The notes beneath the pieces were generated by a model, which saw nothing but the letters and a program-made list of their open reading frames with translations, was not told the DNA's origin and ran no database searches. Positions 1-12,900 of a stretch of 64,000 nt of DNA are shown here, one piece after another. Numbering within the stretch: the stretch's first letter is position 1; each line of letters begins with the position of its first letter. Made by a program: the position numbers and the translations under genes. Source of the stretch: Albugo candida (lineage: Eukaryota); assembly GCA_040437565.1 (NCBI GenBank), contig JBDOQK010000034.1, forward strand, positions 186,001 through 250,000, written 5' to 3'.

Positions 1-578
1 TTTCAATAGAAAAGTGAGTGATTTAGTATCTCTTTTATGCGCTCTGAAGCCTGCAAATTCTAATACGTAGGAGTTGGCGTGAAACTCATCAGTCATTCCT
101 CAGTCTGTGTGACTCGAGTATCGAAGGTACACGTCACGTTTGAATGAGAATCGCCAATTCTGTAACTATTTGATAGAATTCTTGAGCGGAATCGGATATA
201 CTATGGAGCATTATCGGACAAGATGCCAAGAAGTAGGCGACTGAAAGCAGAGTGTTGAACGACTTACAGATAGGTTTGATGTAGGAAACATGCATTTCTG
301 AGTCAAGACAACGACATACTCGACTTTCGTTTTTAGTACAAATACTTCATGCATGCTTGGAATACGATCAGTTCCTGAATCTGATGCGGCGTGTCGTGGA
401 TCCAGATTACGATTTGAAGAGAGAACTCGCTTTGGCGGCTGAACAGATTTTGCAGGAAGACTCCGCATCGTCGAAGAAGGATCATGCGTCTAAATTTCTA
501 GATTATTACCATGCCAATCCCAGCTCCGATTTCGAAGATCTCGAACGGATGTTTTCAACTTTTGCATCGTTTGCTTGA
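1..578 (+). CDS. 3' part of a BART (ARL2-binding)-domain-like protein; exons <1-13, 71-126, 177-232, 285-578
   Basis: GT-AG introns 14-70, 127-176 and 233-284 join in frame to give SIEKSWRETHQSFLSLCDSSIEEFLSGIGYTMEHYRTRCQE...FLVQILHACLEYDQFLNLMRR. This resembles the BART helical pattern (recognised by eye only). Confidence 0.6.
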
Positions 579-701
579 ATACTGGCTTTCATTTTGCACA
601 AATTAATAAATTACATTCATGAAATTACTCAAAGTTTGTCATTTTCTCAGTCCAACATTGATTCAAATCACCAACATTCTCAGGCTCTACTGTGATACAA
701 A

Positions 702-3700
702 ATGCCCTTTTCTAGGAGCAGGAAGAAAGCTGCAAAATTGGCTCGGCTTTTATTGCTCAGTTGGGAAATCTACCGAGATGCTCGAACGCAGTCATCACAA
801 TTGAATGGCAATCGCAATACAAATCAATTCAGAGAAGGCGAAAATCTTGGACAAAGCTTCGTGCAGCCTTTTTCGAAAGCTTATTTTTTCCAAACAAAAG
901 CTCGGCAAAAGCTTCTTTGTTACTACGTTGTGGAAAGTCGAGATGAGAAAGAGTATCTCAAGAATCACGCACTACCACTACCTGAACATTCTCTAGCAGA
1001 AGCATCGTGTCCTTTTGGAGATCTGGAGCTGAATACCTCGCTGGTAAAGAATTTGCTTCATTCTCAAATGTATGGCCATAACTGCTCACGAAGAACACAA
1101 CTGGGTCTCTCTTTGCATTCGTCTTCGAATATGACGCATAATAAATCAAACTTACAGGATGCCCCCACAACGCAAATCAAATCTTTAGGGGCCCCATTTG
1201 GTGCGGAATTCTATCCAAAAGCACTTTATGATATCACTTTCATACCGCTGAATGAGGAAAAGCTGAATGGAATCACGTTCGAGTTTGTCTTTCGACGTCA
1301 CTCCACATCCAAAGAAGTTCTTTTCACGATACAAAATGAGTATAATCCGTGCTCAGGCCTCGGCTTCCAGCTTCAAATTGACGAGCATTCTACGTTGGTA
1401 TTAGTCGTCAAGCAACCATCAACGGATTCTCTTTCGGAATGTAACGAGCTGAGATTTCGATCAAAAAACAGCTTCAAGAAATGCGCTGCACCAAGCATTG
1501 ATAGCGCGTCAGAAGGTGTAGATACAAGGCCTGTCATCCATGTAATCATCACATTTCATGCTCAGTCGAGCCTAAATGGGATTCTCTACAACACACACTT
1601 TTTCATTGATTATATGTCCTCCACCGCGACCCATTACACCTGTGATGTCCAAGATGAGCAGCTAGCGGCGTTGAATAATACATCAAACAGCATGGATGTG
1701 ACGTATCGATTGTATGTCGGCACAGGCCCCACGGATGAGATGCATCAAAAGTATCACGTTCGCGGAATTCGACCGAGAGTCTATCGAGACCCACGAGCGA
1801 TTGAGAAGGGAAGTCAGAGATCGGATGGAAATGAAGAAAATACCGCCATTTTGCAGCTCAGGAAAACGCTACAGCATATTCTCGATAATATTGAAGGACC
1901 ACGAATACCTGCCGCAGCTCGCCTTTTTGGACATCGGGCTTTTTCTCTTCAACTACTTGGCTGGAAATTTCCTGCTGTGAATGAGGACACTCCTTTTGCC
2001 TGGATTCGAGGTAAAATCAAGCAGTTCAAGGACGCTCATGGCACACAGGTTGTGGACATTATCGTTGAAATGCTTCTCAAAGCCGCAAGACTCAAGGCCA
2101 AACTGATTAGTAGCACATCTGAAAAGCTGGCGGAGGTCATTGGCGAGCGTTTGGGTACTATTGGGACTGAAAATACAACAGTCGAAAATCAAACCTTTGA
2201 GGAATCCAATTTTGATTTATTTGCTTTCGGACTATACGGTCAGATTCTGAGCGATGAAGAGATCAAACAATCTATGGATCACTTGTTACCGACTCGAAGC
2301 TCGCTAAGAGCTGAAATAACAGTGGATCTCCCTCCTGAGAACTGGATGCTTGTGGACTTTTCCACCATGAGTTCCGTGTTCACAAATATCTGTATAGAGT
2401 TACTGGACCCGCTCCCTGAGACCGGAAAGCTGATACTCTGGCCGAGTAAGACTCTGATCACGACGGGAAGTGGTCCAATGCATCGAGAGTTTATAGATGG
2501 ACGCCACCATTCATCCGATCAAATGTACTTTATCCCAGTCCCATCACAGACCTCACGTCAACGGATAGATCCTTCCATTCTTTTCGCACAATGTCAGACG
2601 GAAAGAATTCGGTCGGTGATGTGCGATCGCAACGAATTTGACTTTATTCCAACGGAAGAAGACCCATTCCAAAGAGCGATCAATGTTCTCCATGACGAGT
2701 TGCAAGATAATCTCAGTGATACAGGACGACTAACGCTTGAGCGAGAGAAGAGAGGTGAGTCAATTGGAAGGATAAATATTCATCTGATAGAGATTCTCGC
2801 TCCTTTACAACCCATCCACCAAGAGCTCGAGTATGAAATTGTCGCAGGTATACCAACAATCGTTCATATTCGCAACGAAACAATCGACGTCAATGAGGCT
2901 AAGCGATTTGAATGGAAACGGTCGAGTCTTCGTTTGCGAGTGATTGAGATACCCCAATTCGGTACACTTTACGACACTGACAGCTTGCACGTGATCCCGG
3001 GCTGCACACCGATACAATTGGGCTCGGAAGTCGAATTCTTAGCTCGTTGGGAGAACAGACGTATTACCATAGCTCATGAAAATGGGTACAGAGGCATTGA
3101 AAGCGTTTCGATGCAAAATGACTCCTTCTCAACCACTTTATTGTTTTACTTTCCTCAGGCGAAGACTGCATTTCCAGCCGGTACAAAGTCATACGATGAG
3201 CTCTTGTACGAGCTGATTGACAAAGAAAATGCGGTGGTTGAGCGCGGACGAGTAAAGTTTCACCTTACATCGCCCATTATCGAGCCAGAGGTATCCATCT
3301 GCCATCGTGAGAGTTGGCTACAGCTGGAGGATACTCCCAGCCTCATATATCTGCAGAGTTTGCTTCCAGCGAGTGCCTCTACTTTCGTCGAAAAACATCT
3401 GAGAATCCTCTCTTTGCCTCAACGCGGCCGCCTCTATCAATACGTCAGATTCTCTAACGCATCTCAAGTCGAAGAGAATCCTTTAGAACAGAAATTGGAT
3501 AATGTCACTAGCAGATGTGATGCGATATTGCGAGAACATATTGGCCGGCAAGTACGAGTGAACGACACGGTTGAAGACCCTCTTAGTCGCGTTATATATG
3601 TACCAGAGATCGACTATCACAATCAGCCCAGCCCAGAAACGACTTTATTCGCATCTGTACTCTATGAAAGAAGCATCTTTTTGCCGTCAACGCTCAATTT

Positions 3701-5564
3701 CACGTTTGTAGCGATGCTGAGTAATGAAAGCAAGTCTCTATCAGCCCAATCTCATGATTGTCGTATCTTGATTGATATCCAGGTGATCGACGTGGATGAC
3801 GATATCATACCAACCTCTCCATTTCACATCAGGGGTTTGCGTGGTGAGAATAAGACACTGAGCTTCCCGTTACGCTTTGTCGACCCTGATGAGCCACAAG
3901 GAGATGAAGGGAGAAGCTACAAAATGCTCTATTTGATTCATATTGTGTCCGAAAATCTTGATGCTGAATTCCGGTTCCCAAGTCATGAAGCAGTCGACGA
4001 TGACAAACTATACAAAAATTGCTATTCCCGAAAGTTTTGTCGCATTCCATGTGGTCCAAGTCTTCCTCCAAACGATGCTTTGGTGCGTATGCCAAACAGC
4101 TCGAGTGAAACCACAATATATTTTATCGTCCAAAAGTCTACATATACGCCGTATGATGTGTACTTTGTCGGGCATCTGTCGGGTATCCGACTTGCTTTGG
4201 AATCTCTACAGATTATAGACTATAATCAGAACTGGAGCCATTCCCATACAAGCGAATTCACGGTATCATTCACAAGATGGAAGAGGAGTTTTCATCATCT
4301 AATTCCATACGCCACACGTGATGACGGATCACTTCGAGTCCAGAATGCGTTACAAGTGATAATGCGAAGCAGACCAAACGTGATAGCCCGACTTGCTGTG
4401 GACTTTGAGACATCTCCCGCGTTTGAGAATGAAACTCGAATTTCTGAGATTGATTTTGGGTGGTACGCTATCTCCAGTAAAGCACAGCGTGTTCTGAGAA
4501 AGATTCTGCTCGTTTTCTCATTGCTATACACTGCGGGATATGTAAGTTGTTGTCGTCTTTGTTGTTTCTTCTTTCGTGGGAGGAGAATAAAGCGTACGAG
4601 ACGTTTGCAGCGAAAATATTGGAAGCATTTTGACAAGATCGTACGAGACGATATCGAATACTCACGATTGATTGTACAATTGGCGGATGTGATCATTGCG
4701 TCTGATTTTATTGTCGCAAAGGCGCTCGTTCGCACATGCGTTCGGGGCTCCAACGCTGCGGAAGCTCAACGACTCACTTCGCTTTGCCTGCGAAACCTAC
4801 TGCCGATATTGAAAACAGTCCAGCGAGACGATGATTTTGTGCTCGACTTATTACAATACGAAATCAGCTCAAATGGAGAAATCAATAGACCCGAATCCGT
4901 TCCAATGACATTTGAGATTCCCGGTACAGCTTCTATCGCGTTGGCTGTCCACTTTCAGAGTAAAGCTTCCACATGGATCGATATCGTTTTAACTGATTTG
5001 GCTGTCTTTCTGGATGAAGGAGAGGGGCCACCTTCATTTCATGCAACGCTGATGTTCATTTTTCAAATCTTGCACAAGCATCTTCCAAGAATGCCCATTA
5101 GGCTTCTGCTCCATAAAGCGGTCCGAATCGTAATGGAGAGTTTGACAAAGTGTGGTCTGCCTGTGGATAAAGAGTACTGCGTGTATCGCGTCGCTCACGT
5201 TCTCTTTTTCAACCATTTTTTTTCCCTGTATTTGATAAATTGGAAGCAATATATGAACAAATACTCGTCCAAGCAGAAAAATATGAAGACATATCAGATC
5301 GAATATATATTGCAATCAGCAGTCAGATTTTTGCATCAGATGGCGTTGAGTTGGCCAAAAAGCGAGTCTTTCGAGCCCCTGAGAGATTTTGGATCGCGAA
5401 ATAAGCATCAAAGACGGTATTCAGAGTTTATGGTCTCAACAAAATTCAGTGCTGAGGAATTGGCATTTCTGGAGGATTCGTATTGCTCTTTGCTGAAGAG
5501 AATAGCGAGTTACTGCGAGACAAATGAGAGGGACAAAAGCTCTCAACTAATGGATATTTCGAAT
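702..5564 (+). CDS. Large single-pass membrane protein (>1620 aa; 3' end lost in gap): LamG/ConA-like region, Ig/cadherin-like repeats, TM helix, cytoplasmic RasGAP-like domain
   Basis: Uninterrupted ORF up to the N gap. LamG-like strands (GITFEFVFR, GFQLQI, HVIITF, LYVG, FGLYGQILSDEEI). Three LP-x-x-G-x-L-type repeats (PLPETGKL, EIPQFGTL, SLPQRGRL). Hydrophobic ILLVFSLLYTAGYVSCC at ~4503-4574 followed by a basic stop-transfer RGRRIKRTRR. C-terminal helices follow the RasGAP motif order. Confidence 0.7.
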
Positions 5565-5664
5565 NNNNNNNNNNNNNNNNNNNNNNNNNNNNNNNNNNNN
5601 NNNNNNNNNNNNNNNNNNNNNNNNNNNNNNNNNNNNNNNNNNNNNNNNNNNNNNNNNNNNNNNN

Positions 5665-6869
5665 CCTTAAATCCGCCACTTGATCCAAATCGCATGAGTG
5701 CCCAAGAAGATAGCCAAATTTTGCGTCAGGATACCAGTCCGCTGATCGGGGAATCTCTGTCTGTACTTTGCCTAAGAGCAGAGTATGCAGAAAATGCAAA
5801 TTCGTCTGTTTTCTCACAAGGGATTGATTATTTGCATCGACATTATGAAGCAATGCGTCGCGTGCGGGGAGATGGAAATTGCTTTTTCCGTGCGTTGATT
5901 TACGCGTTATGTGAGCAGCTATTACCGAGCACTGCACGCGAGATTCTCGAGCACCAGCAGGAAAGAAAATCACTGGATATGTATACACAAACAGCACACG
6001 ATCGCGCAATTTCAGAACGACAGGATAACATTGATACTGAGCGAATCGACCACACTTGTGTGACTGCGACCGCAGCAGCAACTTCTTCCTTGCTCACTGC
6101 CCATATACAACAAAAGATCCGACGATCCAAAGCCGAACTTATCGCACTTGGGTACTCGGAGACTGCAATCGACACTTTTTGGGAGACGTTCATGGACTAC
6201 TTGGGTGCGATGGATACGCGAACACATGAAGAATTATATCCTTTTCTTTCGCCTGCTGCATAGCTACGCTATTCATGCGACAGAGTTTCTTTGACAATGC
6301 ATTTTTTCGTTTGTTCACAGTGCAGGATTTTCAGACAGAAGGAGGAGAATCAGAATATCTGGTGGGTTACAATGATATGACATCAATACGTTGTGATTCA
6401 TTAGGCATCCTAGGTCTGGTATGCTCGTTTATTGACAGCTGGATATCTAAAGCAGAACGCTGATCGCTTCCGCCCTTTCATTGCTGGTTTGTATCCCGGT
6501 CAGACGGTCGAACAATTCTGCAGTGCTGAAGTACGTAACCTGGCAAAGTGACCCGATAGATCACTGAATGTATACAAATGAATTCTGTAGGTGGAGCCCA
6601 TGGGTAAGGAATGCGATCAACCTCAGATAACAGCCCTGGCGGAAGCGCTGGACATATGTGTGAGAATTGAGTATCTTGATGGACGCGCTTCACTTGGGTC
6701 AGATCTTCCCCACTACATATGCCAATCTACTTCAGAAGAAAACTCAAGCCTCGGAGATGCAGCAATCCCAGGCGCATCGGAAGCCACTACATCCGCGAAC
6801 CCAGTGATCACGATTCATCTTCTATATCGGCCAGGACACTATGATATTTTGTATCCACGTCTGGATTGA
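5665..6869 (+). CDS. OTUB1: Otubain-family deubiquitinase (peptidase C65); exons <5665(ATG 5694)-6235, 6319-6361, 6414-6530, 6591-6869
   Basis: Catalytic RRVRGDGNCFFRA, EYLVWYARLLTAGYL, VEPMGKECDQPQITALAEAL and C-terminal LLYRPGHYDILY. The exons splice in frame using one AT-AC and two GT-AG introns. Confidence 0.92.
6236..6318 (+). other. U12-type (minor spliceosome) AT-AC intron
   Basis: 5' end ATATCCTTTT matches the U12 consensus RTATCCTTT. Branch-like TTCTTTGAC at 6287-6295 and 3' end TTCAC. Removal gives GAA TT|A GTG CAG (E-L-V-Q) in frame. Confidence 0.88.
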
Positions 6870-6938
6870 ACGACCAGAACGATATCAGCAATGGTAAATG
6901 GTGTCACAATAGAGATCTGAAAACCACATCTTACTATG

Positions 6939-9900
6939 TCAACCTTCCGATGTTCGCAAATCGAGTTCTTGCGTGGCCAGCTCCGCTGTTACGTCGAGGA
7001 GATCGTCATATAAAGAGCAAAACTCATCAACTTCTTGCACGGTTTCCTCGTGTGAGACATCATCGATTTCGATCTTTGACAATGAAAACAGCGTTTCATC
7101 GCTGTCTGCTAAAGATGGCGCGGTTTGAATGACCACATCCATTAGATCTATACCTCGATGATGGGATTCGAGTGAGCTTTCAACGCGAGACTCGGTCAAC
7201 TTGATGATGTATTCTCTACTTGTAGCAGGATCTTCCCCTGCAGCATTTTGGAGAATTTCCTTCGCTTGATGGTCGTTCGGATCTGTGAAAATGATCGGCA
7301 AATTTTTGCTGTGTTCCACACGTTCGGCGAAGTGCTTGTCAGAGTCTACTCCCGCAAACTCCTCTGGTTGCGTTTCAAACGCTTCTTTCAGAAAATCAGT
7401 GAAATGTTGCTCTTCCGTCATGATATGTCCTTCATTCTGTCTATCGGTGACTGTCGTAATGCTTGACTGCAAGATAGTGCTTTGAGTGCGGCTATCTCCA
7501 CTTTCCAATGTCTCAGCAGGTTCCAGTTGCTCGATCTCATCTTTAAATGCATCAATCTCACCGATTTCTTTCGTAATTGAGTCTTCATGCAGTAATTCGT
7601 CCATCACTTCTACTCGGTCTTCTTCAACTTTACGTGCTTTCACTTCCGTTGGCTCAGAGAGTACTTGACTATCATCCCTTACCGACCATCGTGAAGGCAA
7701 TCCACCTAAAGAACCACAATTTTGCGCTTTGTCAATCTCACAAGACGGGGATACGAGACAGACTTGCTCCAAATTTGACTCAGTTTGTGACTCGGCATCT
7801 TTGTCGATGCCTTTTGTTTCTTCTACTATCGCTGCCTCCTCCTTTGTTTGCACATGACGCGCTTCTTGAGCAAACTCACATTTAGTAAGCACATACTCAG
7901 CCAACGATTTGTAAGCAATAGCAATGTGATGCATTACATTCGCCACGTTCTCATTTGAAAAGCGTTCTCTCCATTTTGCCACTTGCGATGCAGAATTTGA
8001 CCAAATTTTATACGAAATTCTATGAATCCGAGCGAAATTAAAGCAATTCAAAGTCCCCATTTTCGGTAACAATTGTTTTGTCCCAGCGCGAAATTGGAAG
8101 AACACGTCTTCGACCTGAGATTGAACCGACTTGAATTCAGAAATGTGAAACACTGACATGCTCCTTGCCCTTTTGCCGGCCTCTACGAAGAATTCACTGT
8201 TCCTGGCGTCGACATAAAGCTTTTGTAGACGCTGCGCCATAACATGTATATGATCGAACCAGTTACTATTCAGAGAGGAGATGATTTTGTGAAGCTTTAT
8301 CTGTGCGTAATGTACGACTGGACGACCAAATTTTTGATACTGCGGGCAGTCTAACATTTGGGCTTTGAAAATATGAATAAATGGAACAATAAGGATGTCA
8401 GAAAAAGGAATCAAGTGAAGAAGCTCAGTCGCGGTTGAAAATTGAAGCGGTCGACTAAGAAATTGGTCGATTTTTCGTCTCCATTCCACAGCAAAACAGA
8501 TAGCTTCAGTTGAGCTTTGTTGCTGCTGTGCTGTTTCCGTCAATGAAGAGGAATCACTCGACTGAAAATCGAATATGTCGAGCCACCGAGTCAGATCGTG
8601 ATTCCCTTCCCAATCAAATCGTACATCTTTTGCTGTACATTGGCGCTGGTCCACTTGTAAGTTTGTCCGTCTATGTAGCAAACGATCGGATTCAAGCACG
8701 TTGAAAAGGGCCACACAACCAATGACAAGTATTCCGAATATAAATAATCTGATCAATAGACGAGCAAAGGCCCGCATGCATCGCAGCCCCAATGACATGT
8801 CTGCTCCTTTTTTGTGATTTATATTGAGGTGTCCGACCGTACGAGGATGACACCGCTCAAAGGCGGGAAGATGGTGTTCGAGTTGCCTGACACTGAAAGA
8901 TCCATACTCAGCGCGTAAATGCTCAACTAAACGTCGTTCTTGTCCGGTGAACTGAGCAATGAGTTGAGGAATGGTGTTGACCTTACCAGGTTGATGTCTT
9001 CGGAAAAATGTCTGGAGGAGTTCTTCAAGCGCGATTGGATCGTGTTTCTGCACGCCAGAGCTGATTGGTACATTACCGATAGCTGGAGCGGTGTCTTTTA
9101 TATCCAAGGAGTTCTGGATCATCTTTGCTGTTGATATGGAACACGGGTTTGGAATACAAGCTTCAGCTTTAAACTTTTTCTCCTCTACCTTGTCAAAGGT
9201 TTCGCTCATTCCGTTCTGCAATTGCTCGAGCACTGGGTGAATACTTGGGACATGAGTGCTACTGCATTCATTTCCTTCAAGAATAGGCAGAGCTTTCTCA
9301 ATGACTCCCGATGTTGAGATGCTCTCCAAGGGTCCATCTTCTTTGTTTCTTGCCAAGTGCTCTTCAAGCTCATCAATGACTGGTTTTTCCTCGTCAAACA
9401 CAGTTGCAATCATAGAGAATGGCTGAGCATTTTGACGACCGTGAAAAAGAGATGGTGGCGCTAGCGAGAAGTTGTGAGGGGACATACAGGGAGACTCTGG
9501 TGAAGAAGATGGACGTAGTATAGATACGCTTGAAAGTGTCGGTTTTCGAGTTTTGTGTGCAGGGATTGATCCAGCACCTTCCAAAGTAGCTATTGCGTCA
9601 GGTCCTGAGAATGAATTGGGTGATGTATGGGCTCTATCAACATCGTTGTTGCTTATTTGTGACATATCCCCTCCATTGTGGTCAATTCTGATAGAAGCTA
9701 CCGCATCTTCCCCATACCGACGAATAAGTTCATTTAACAGTATATCCTCTCGATCGCTGTATCGCTTTGCATAAATTTGTGCCATTTTTATTCGAGATAC
9801 ATCAGTTTTCTGGAAAAAGGCTCGCAGCCTTTTCTCTAAATTCAGAGACGAGTTATTGGAAGCTGATATTTCTGCCTGATCGTCGGAGTCCTTGAACGTC

Positions 9901-12900
9901 ACACGTTTGTTGGAAGCAAAAGTTCGGGTCAANNNNNNNNNNNNNNNNNNNNNNNNNNNNNNNNNNNNNNNNNNNNNNNNNNNNNNNNNNNNNNNNNNNN
10001 NNNNNNNNNNNNNNNNNNNNNNNNNNNNNNNNCCAGCGCGAAATTGGAAGAACACGTCTTCGACCTGAGATTGAACCGACTTGAATTCAGAAATGTGAAA
10101 CACTGACATGCTCCTTGCCCTTTTGCCGGCCTCTACGAAGAATTCACTGTTCCTGGCGTCGACATAAAGCTTTTGTAGACGCTGCGCCATAACATGTATA
10201 TGATCGAACCAGTTACTATTCAGAGAGGAGATGATTTTGTGAAGCTTTATCTGTGCGTAATGTACGACTGGACGACCAAATTTTTGATACTGCGGGCAGT
10301 CTAACATTTGGGCTTTGAAAATATGAATAAATGGAACAATAAGGATGTCAGAAAAAGGAATCAAGTGAAGAAGCTCAGTCGCGGTTGAAAATTGAAGCGG
10401 TCGACTAAGAAATTGGTCGATTTTTCGTCTCCATTCCACAGCAAAACAGATAGCTTCAGTTGAGCTTTGTTGCTGCTGTGCTGTTTCCGTCAATGAAGAG
10501 GAATCACTCGACTGAAAATCGAATATGTCGAGCCACCGAGTCAGATCGTGATTCCCTTCCCAATCAAATCGTACATCTTTTGCTGTACATTGGCGCTGGT
10601 CCACTTGTAAGTTTGTCCGTCTATGTAGCAAACGATCGGATTCAAGCACGTTGAAAAGGGCCACACAACCAATGACAAGTATTCCGAATATAAATAATCT
10701 GATCAATAGACGAGCAAAGGCCCGCATGCATCGCAGCCCCAATGACATGTCTGCTCCTTTTTTGTGATTTATATTGAGGTGTCCGACCGTACGAGGATGA
10801 CACCGCTCAAAGGCGGGAAGATGGTGTTCGAGTTGCCTGACACTGAAAGATCCATACTCAGCGCGTAAATGCTCAACTAAACGTCGTTCTTGTCCGGTGA
10901 ACTGAGCAATGAGTTGAGGAATGGTGTTGACCTTACCAGGTTGATGTCTTCGGAAAAATGTCTGGAGGAGTTCTTCAAGCGCGATTGGATCGTGTTTCTG
11001 CACGCCAGAGCTGATTGGTACATTACCGATAGCTGGAGCGGTGTCTTTTATATCCAAGGAGTTCTGGATCATCTTTGCTGTTGATATGGAACACGGGTTT
11101 GGAATACAAGCTTCAGCTTTAAACTTTTTCTCCTCTACCTTGTCAAAGGTTTCGCTCATTCCGTTCTGCAATTGCTCGAGCACTGGGTGAATACTTGGGA
11201 CATGAGTGCTACTGCATTCATTTCCTTCAAGAATAGGCAGAGCTTTCTCAATGACTCCCGATGTTGAGATGCTCTCCAAGGGTCCATCTTCTTTGTTTCT
11301 TGCCAAGTGCTCTTCAAGCTCATCAATGACTGGTTTTTCCTCGTCAAACACAGTTGCAATCATAGAGAATGGCTGAGCATTTTGACGACCGTGAAAAAGA
11401 GATGGTGGCGCTAGCGAGAAGTTGTGAGGGGACATACAGGGAGACTCTGGTGAAGAAGATGGACGTAGTATAGATACGCTTGAAAGTGTCGGTTTTCGAG
11501 TTTTGTGTGCAGGGATTGATCCAGCACCTTCCAAAGTAGCTATTGCGTCAGGTCCTGAGAATGAATTGGGTGATGTATGGGCTCTATCAACATCGTTGTT
11601 GCTTATTTGTGACATATCCCCTCCATTGTGGTCAATTCTGATAGAAGCTACCGCATCTTCCCCATACCGACGAATAAGTTCATTTAACAGTATATCCTCT
11701 CGATCGCTGTATCGCTTTGCATAAATTTGTGCCATTTTTATTCGAGATACATCAGTTTTCTGGAAAAAGGCTCGCAGCCTTTTCTCTAAATTCAGAGACG
11801 AGTTATTGGAAGCTGATATTTCTGCCTGATCGTCGGAGTCCTTGAACGTCACACGTTTGTTGGAAGCAAAAGTTCGGGTCAAAATAGGTGAAGTCTTGGC
11901 TTCAAAGTCTGAGAATGTTGACGAAGCTATAAGTTGCTCGGAAGCCTTTGACGCTTGTATGACGGTGCTGGAACGCTCACTATGAGTTGTAGACTTGCGC
12001 TCATTTGAAAATTCAAAAGATGGTTGACGTAATACTTCAGCACTATCAATCTCATTTGTGGCAACACGAGCCAACAGTAAACTTTCCGATGTTGGAGGTG
12101 TTATAGTAAACACAGGTGGTCGATTGGTAGGACCGTAAGACGTCAAAAGTTCTAGTTCGCTCCCACTACAACATTCTGTCCGTATCGATTCATTCCTTCT
12201 ATGCTCCGGAGGTTTGATACTTGGACCGTTTTGACTCGAAGCGTTATCTTGGCATGTCAGTTTTGATCCATTCATTACCGATTCCCGATCGACGTTACCT
12301 TCTCTAGTTTCTTCCAGCAGATTCTCCAGCTCCGCAATGCGCTTTTGCAGGGAATATATATCTTCTTCACATTGCTCTCTGCGTGCCACTTCCTTCTTTT
12401 TTTCTTGTGTTAATCGCTCTATCTCTCTCTCAAGCCTCGTGATTCTGATGGAATACTCCTTGTTCATGTCTTCTAGTTCACGTCGAGAGTGATCCAACTG
12501 TAATTTCAGAAGAGTTTCAGACCGCCGAAGTTCATGTACGTACGAGAGAAGATCATTGACATTTTGCGTTACTGGTAGCAGTCTCGCAACGAGCATTTCG
12601 CTTTTACTTCGTCTTGTACGTCTCAAAGAAGAAGATTTTGGCGACATAGGCTGTGAGAATATGCTAGCAGAGCCACTTGTTTGCGATGTATTCGATTCAG
12701 ACGTCCGTCGAGTCTCTGCTCTAGTTCGCGAACCTTCCTTAATGTGTTCGATTTCATGTTCACAATTTATTCGTCCTGAGCGATCGAATTCGCTTTCTGA
12801 CGACCCCGGGTGTTGGCCACTTTCCATAGAAGCCTGTTTTCCATTCTGAGATGTTTTTAAAGAATTCTGACTTGCTTGTAGCGCCGAAAGACCGAGACGT

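Noticed and set aside
5665-5680. Second U12 intron end (CCTTAAAT...CCAC) just after the gap
   Set aside because: The 5' splice site would be inside the gap and the stretch is also open in frame, so it cannot be supported.
702-6263. Apparent 1853-aa receptor-otubain fusion ORF
   Set aside because: The frame is only continuous through a fixed-length 100-N gap. Two separate genes are more parsimonious, although a fusion cannot be formally excluded without closing the gap.
8083-11882. Internal 617-aa duplication in the 2227-aa ORF
   Set aside because: Apparently identical copies abutting a 100-N gap indicate an unmerged contig overlap.
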